A stretch of 39,777 bases of DNA. Source: Callorhinchus milii. Lineage: Eukaryota. The translations under genes and the position numbers were made by a program. The stretch is taken from assembly GCF_018977255.1 (NCBI RefSeq), contig NW_024705493.1:1-39777 (forward strand). The letters run 5' to 3'. The notes under the pieces were generated by a model, which did no database searches, had not been told where the DNA came from, and was given only the letters and a program-made list of their open reading frames with translations. Positions 36,485 to 39,777 of the stretch are shown here, piece after piece (within the stretch, counting starts at the first letter, position 1; the number at the start of each line of letters is the position of its first letter).

Positions 36485-36871
36485 TACAGAAATAAAGTGG
36501 CCCGAAACCAGAGGAATTTCGACTTTTCACCATGAGCACAGGGCTGCCAATGGCAGTGAGCATCGACCACGCTTACCTGAGTGGAGAGATAATTTGACTT
36601 GACTGCTTTGACATTCCAGTGACAGGCATCTCTCACCCCATTACAATTAGACAAGGCCCTGAGACTGCGCAGTCTTTGCTGAAAATCGTGTTCGTAGGGC
36701 AAGACACATTGACATCTGAGTTCACACTTGATTCTTGAATGTGCATGCAAAATAAAGTAATGATTTGCTAAAAACAAATGTGAAGGAGTCCTGTATTATC
36801 TTCTTGGTTCTTTCGGTAAAGTCGCGTAGAATGGAAATAATAAAATAATAAAAATAAAACATAATAAAATA

Positions 36872-36923
36872 ATTCTCACGACGTTTCGGCCACAACGCAA
36901 GCAGCCGTCCTCAGGTGGAGAAC
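36872..36923 (-). ncRNA. Minimal type I hammerhead ribozyme (Penelope-type)
   Basis: Reverse complement is gttctccac CTGAGGA c ggctgc ttgcgtt gtggcc GAAA cg TC gtgagaat, with intact core and stems. Confidence 0.8.
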
Positions 36924-36979
36924 AGGTCTGTCGAGAAGACAGATTAATCCAGATGCCCGTCGCAATGTCCGACAGACCT

Positions 36980-37031
36980 GTTCTCCACCTGAGGACGGCT
37001 GCTTGCGTTGTGGCCGAAAGGTCGTGAGAAT
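36980..37031 (+). ncRNA. Minimal hammerhead ribozyme, inverted partner with altered stem III palindrome
   Basis: gttctccac CTGAGGA c ggctgc ttgcgtt gtggcc GAAA gg TC gtgagaat (ACGT changed to AGGT). Confidence 0.7.
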
Positions 37032-38768
37032 TATTTAATAATGTTTTATTTTATTATTTTATTATTTCTATTCTACGTGACTTTACCGAAAGAACCAAGA
37101 AGATGAATCCCTGCAGTCACGAAAGCTTTAAATCGAGTCCTGTATCGTTTGGTCCGGTCACTTCTTTTTCTTGTTGTTCTCAACGTGCCTGCCAAAATTG
37201 CCACCGGCATCAGCTTAGAGAGGAAAAAGCGGCATCCCACTGTGGGAATCCCCCTACCAAGAGCTGAGCCACAATTCTCCTGGCAGGCAGCAGCGCCAGC
37301 GAGAGGCGACGTATAACCAGCGCCTGGACACGGCGCTGCACGACTGTAACCCAGTGCTGTGGAGGCATCGCACATCACACGGAGACCATCACGTGCGCTG
37401 TCGCACTCACCAATCTGCTCGAATGTGAGGTGCGCACTAGATGAAAGCAGAGCAAGTGGGTTCATTTACTCACTGACTGTCATCCGCAAGTCGATTATCA
37501 TGGTTGGATATGTACGGTGCGAAAAAAGTTCAACATACATACATACACCCCCTTATAATCGTGGATTCTGCCCAGTGACTCCGGATTCCACACACATGCA
37601 GAGCGCTCGACGAAGGATTTGCCAAACAACCCAATGCGTAGCCCTTCTGAAATATAGCCTTGGGAGTCAGTGAGGCTTTATCTGGGCTTTGTAGAGGATG
37701 TACAAAGCAATATGGATTTGCTTTCGTGCACGGTCAATATACAAAAGTATCTCAAGACGCCGTTGCAGGAGGCGACTTTGTTCCATGCCATAGATCGATG
37801 TCAGAAGTTGTTTATGTACCAAAGTGAGCGGGACACGCACGCAGAGGAAGCCATCACACACATATCGTCGGGTAATGTGTTTTGACAAATGTGGCTTGTA
37901 ACGTTTCACCCTCCCCCCCCATGTGAAAATGTGCGCGAGTCATTTGTGTGGACCATTATGTCGGCCCCCGTCAGGTCGGACATTGCGACGGGCATCTGGA
38001 TTAATCTGCCGTATTACTTATCAACAAAACGACGTATTGTCCACGGATTTATTAATTAATTATCCCCATGCCAAATGTGTCCAATCGTCTTCTCATCGCC
38101 ACTCTCGTTGACTCTGTCGGGTGAATGAAACCTCGTTAAACTGGATGCCGAATTGGCGAAATAAACTGGGGATGCGGTTGGTATCAGTAGGATGAGAAGG
38201 AAATAGAAATGCACGCGGTGAAATAAGCAAGGCAGTGTCCTCACATCCTAGCATCATTGGATGTTGGACATCTCCCTCGATTGTGCTCAGCCGGTGGTTA
38301 GAAAGTCCACGTGTCTATGGTGGATCCTGGTCACTGCGCATAACAAGCATTGGTGACTTCTCATGAAGTGGAGCAGCCTCATCAGAACGTGTTTATTTTC
38401 ATAATCCCAGATAGACAATGGTGATGATGAACTTGGGAGCTCTGCTGCTTTACCAAATGCACAATGCTTTCACCTTGCATTCAAAGTAAACATCGAAGGA
38501 ATTTGTGCCCTAATACCATGCGACAGCGAACCGTTCCTGTCAATTATTTCACGAGGGAACGTTTAATGCCGTGCTCCCATGCATGTTAAAAAGGGGTGCT
38601 GGCCCTGTACTGGCACAGATTCAGCAACCTGAGCCCTGTTCCTGTCAGCTATTTTCCGAGCCAAACCAGAACCAAACTGTACTACTCTGGCCTCACAAAA
38701 CATCTCAATCTAGTTTGGTGCTAAGCAGGCAATGGACATGGCTAACGGTGCGTTCACGGCGTGAGAGG

Positions 38769-39777
38769 CAGGGCCGGATCATGGTCCCGTGAGCCCCCTG
38801 GGCACATGTCTTTGGAGCCCCCCCCCCATTCCCGCTTTTCTATATTGGTGTCTTTCTTGCCGACCTCCTCGAAAAATCATCTACTAGATCGTCAAAATCT
38901 AGCTGTCTGACAAGGTCTGACTCTATTGACAAAAGTTACAATGAGCTGAGACGTGTTTGGCACTTGCTACTCTGCAACTCATTTTTATTCTGCCTAAAAG
39001 GGAAGATGTCTGCTCTCCCTGGCAGTTTGTCACTGGCAAAGTTATAAAAATCCGAAATGCCACGAAAACATTGGGAACACTGACTGCAGATTAAGTGGCT
39101 GCAACGTCTCACCTTCAGAGTCAGACATGAAAGACTTTGATTGGATGAGTTCATTTGCAAAGTTCATGTCCAGGACTGATGGATATGCAGCGGAGAGTGC
39201 ATTTACCTTTTCCACTTTGACATCACTGTTAGACACCTGATCTGACATAAACGGAACCCCAAAGAGACTGGTCAAACGCTTGTAAGCGTCCAAGCGATGT
39301 TCAATGCATGCCACTCGCTTATCAATGACCACGTAAAATGTTTCTATTTTGAACTTATCCCTCCCCTCAAGTGTCACACCTGGCTCTGAGCTCTCATCTG
39401 CAAATGTTTTGCATTTCCTCTTTAATTGAAGATCGTGCTTATATGACTGAGAGACACCTTTCACATTTAAGGCTGTCCTTTCAAAAGCCTAAAACTGGTC
39501 TCGCTGTCCTGCCACAAAATCAACAAAGACAAAAGCTGTGCTGCTACAGAGATGTCAATGTCACTTTCTGTAGGTGCATGCTTGTAGTGTGGAACCGGTC
39601 AAGTATGACGTCCCAGAAATGTGCCATGAACACCATCTCTAAGGTGTCCAATTTAGCACATAGTCCAGTGGCCTCAATTTGACTATCTCTTTTCTCACTA
39701 TCACTTGGTTGACTCTGCCGAGCACTCCACCGAGTACTGGACAGCGATTTTAATGTCAGTCTGACATCTGTCTTCCG
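38769..39777 (-). mobile_element. Decayed hAT transposon 3' end (ZMYM1/Tip100-like transposase C-terminus)
   Basis: FKIETFYVVIDK...VFP, then dimerisation-domain remnants PVTNCQGE and KNEL.SS.CQTRLSSL. The terminus CAGGGCCGGAT is at 38769, and the element runs off the window. Confidence 0.8.

Larger units (their letters stand above)
36797..37134 (+). mobile_element. Fold-back Penelope-like insertion, copy 5
   Basis: Exact 11-bp TSD gagtcctgtat (36786-36796 and 37135-37145); inverted arms of about 135 bp, each with a hammerhead. Confidence 0.8.

Noticed and set aside
37667..37909. ORFs on both strands
   Set aside because: Probably a highly decayed LINE RT remnant; too degenerate to call.

Overview
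This is repeat-rich eukaryotic DNA with spliceosomal introns. It is probably lamprey or another basal vertebrate, inferred from the V-SINE-type, L2, Rex1, Penelope-type and Helitron repeats plus the GC-rich unique DNA. Most six-frame ORFs are spurious or transposon debris. The main signal is a minus-strand, multi-exon gene made of short exons that the ORF track does not assemble. It has a transmembrane exon (10681-10577) followed by two paralogous cytoplasmic cassettes. Cassette A is proline-rich plus an ITAM-type exon (7709-7645, 5519-5389). Cassette B has YENL plus a full ITAM (3883-3834, 3203-3072). All have canonical AG/GT sites and compatible phases, giving a candidate ITAM-bearing signalling receptor or adaptor; no ectodomain exon was identified. 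The second signal is five short fold-back insertions, four with exact 11-15 bp TSDs; two of the five carry back-to-back minimal hammerhead ribozymes (Penelope-type). Also present are a decayed Gypsy pol with its 3' LTR, a related solo LTR, RTE/Rex1/L2 LINE fragments, Helitron pieces, hAT remnants, two tRNA-derived SINE families and simple repeats. Repeat coordinates are approximate unless TSDs or splice sites are given.
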